NCBI RefSeq assembly: GCF_963921235.1
Contig: NC_086097.1
Span: forward strand, 248,312,001-248,376,000
DNA length: 64,000 nucleotides
Direction of reading: 5' to 3'
From: Mobula hypostoma
Lineage: Eukaryota
The notes under the pieces are model-generated. The model saw only the letters and a list, made by a program, of their open reading frames with translations. It had not been told where the DNA came from and did not search any database. Each line of letters opens with the position of its first letter. Position 1 is the first letter of the stretch. Positions 62,418 to 64,000 of this stretch are shown here, in pieces. The position numbers were made by a program, and so were the translations under genes.

Positions 62418-64000
62418 AGTGCTGGTACAGAGGGATCTGGGTCTGTCACTGCTGGGACAGAGGCAACTGTGTCTGTCAGTGTTGGGACAGTGAGAACTGG
62501 TTCTGTCAGTGCTGGGACAGAGGGAACTGGTTCTGTCAGTACTGGGACAGTGGGAACTGTGTCTGTCAGTACTGGAACAGTGGGAACTGAGTCTGTCAGT
62601 ACTGGGTCAGTGGGAACTGTGTTTGTGAGTGCTGGGACAGTGGGAACTGTGTCTGTCAGTACTGGGACAGTGGGAACTGTGTCTGTCAGTACTGGGACAG
62701 AGGGATCTGGGTCTGTCAGTGCTGGGACAGAGAGAACTGGGTCTGTCAGTGCTGGGACAGTGGAAACGGTGACTGTCAGTGCCGGGACAGTGGAAACTGT
62801 GACTGTCAGTGCTGGGCCAGTGGGAACTGGGACTGTCAGTGCTGGAACAGTGGGAACTGGGTCTGTCAGTGCTGGGATGGTGAGAACTGGTTCTGTCAGT
62901 GCTGGGATGGTGAGAACTGGTTCTGTCAGTACTGGACAGTGGGAACTGTGTCTGTCAGTACTGGGACAGTGAGAACTGTGTCAGTCAGTGCTGGGACAGA
63001 GGGAAATGGGTCTGTCAGTGCTGGGAAAGAGGGAGATGGGTCTGTCAGTGCTGGGACAGAGGGAACTGTGTCTGTCAGTGTTGGGACAGAGGGAACTGTG
63101 ACTATCAGTGTTGGGACAGTGGGAACTGTGTCTGTCAGTGCTGTGACAGTGGGAACTGGTTCTGTCAGTACCGGGACAGCGGGAACTGTGTCTGTCAGTA
63201 CCAGGATAGAGGGATCTGGGTCTGTCAGTACTGGGACATAGAGAACTGGTTCTGTCAGTACTGGGATGGAGGGAACTGTGTCTGTCAGTACTGGGACAGA
63301 GGGAAATGGTTCTGTCAGTACTGGGACAATGGGAACTGTGTCTATCAGTGCTGGGACAATGGGAACTGTGACTGTCAGTGCTGGGACAGAGGGAACTGGT
63401 TCTGTCAGTACTGGGACAGTGGGAACTGTGTCTGTCAGTGCTGGGACAGTGGGAACTGGGTCTGTCAGTGCTGGGACAGAGGGAAATGGGTCTGTCAGTG
63501 CTGGGACAGAGGGATCTGGGTCTGTCACTGCTGGGACAGAGGGAACTGTGTCTGTCAGTGTTGGGACAGAAGGAACTGTGACTGTCAGTGTTGGGACAGT
63601 GGGAACTGTGTCTGTCAGTGCTGTGACAGTGGGAACTGGTTCTGTCAGTACTGGGACAGCGGGACCTGTGTCTGTCAGTACTGGGACAGCGGGACCTGTG
63701 TCTGTCAGTACTGGGACAGTGGGAACTGAGTCTGTCAGTGCCGGGACAGTGGGAACTGTGTCTGAAAATGCTGGGACAGTGGGAACTGTGTCTGTCAGTG
63801 CTGTGACAGAGGGATCTGGGTCTGTCAGTGATGGGACAGAGGGAACTTGGTCTGTCAGTGCAGGGACAGTGGAAACTGTGACTGTCAGTGCCGGGACAGT
63901 GGGAATTGTGGCTGTCAGAGCTGTGCCAGTGGGAACTGGGACTGTCAGTGCTGGGCCGGTGAGAACTGGTTCTGTCAGTACTGGGACAGTGGGAACTGTG
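62418..64000. repeat. Minisatellite, 30-bp unit (gtgggaactgtgtctgtcagt[a/g]ctgggaca), ~52 copies, continuing past the window end
   Basis: Directly visible; more diverged than the other two arrays. Confidence 0.98.

Noticed and set aside
62469..63581. Repeat-protein ORFs resembling mucin or antifreeze proteins
   Set aside because: By-product of a 30-bp minisatellite: open on both strands, frameshifted, and no splice signals identified.

Overview
Vertebrate genomic DNA, not prokaryotic; the repeat landscape suggests a cartilaginous fish, probably a ray or shark (inference). The window lies inside a + strand amphiphysin gene (AMPH). Four spliced coding exons are clear (5389-5464, 11167-11249, 16394-16544, 19873-20001), covering the end of the N-BAR domain, the proline-rich region and the AP-2-binding FEDNF motif. 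The ORF track recovers only the first of them, embedded in ORF 5345-5542. I could not find the next canonical exon (LLDLDFDPF) before the window ends, so 20002-64000 is probably one very large intron, which holds at least two candidate in-frame cassette exons. The introns are mostly nested transposon debris: CR1, Rex/Babar, RTE, L1-like and HERO-like LINEs, Penelope fragments, SINEs, a Gypsy relic and hAT/Tc1 MITEs, plus three minisatellite arrays (32, 28 and 30 bp units). The most notable items are a mini Penelope hairpin insertion with an intact minimal hammerhead ribozyme core, a HERO-like insertion flanked by a ~147-bp direct repeat, the candidate new AMPH exons, and minisatellites that appear to have arisen inside retroelements. 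There is no CRISPR array. I cannot demonstrate a wholly new system from sequence alone. TE boundaries are approximate and family calls come from motif recognition, not database searches.
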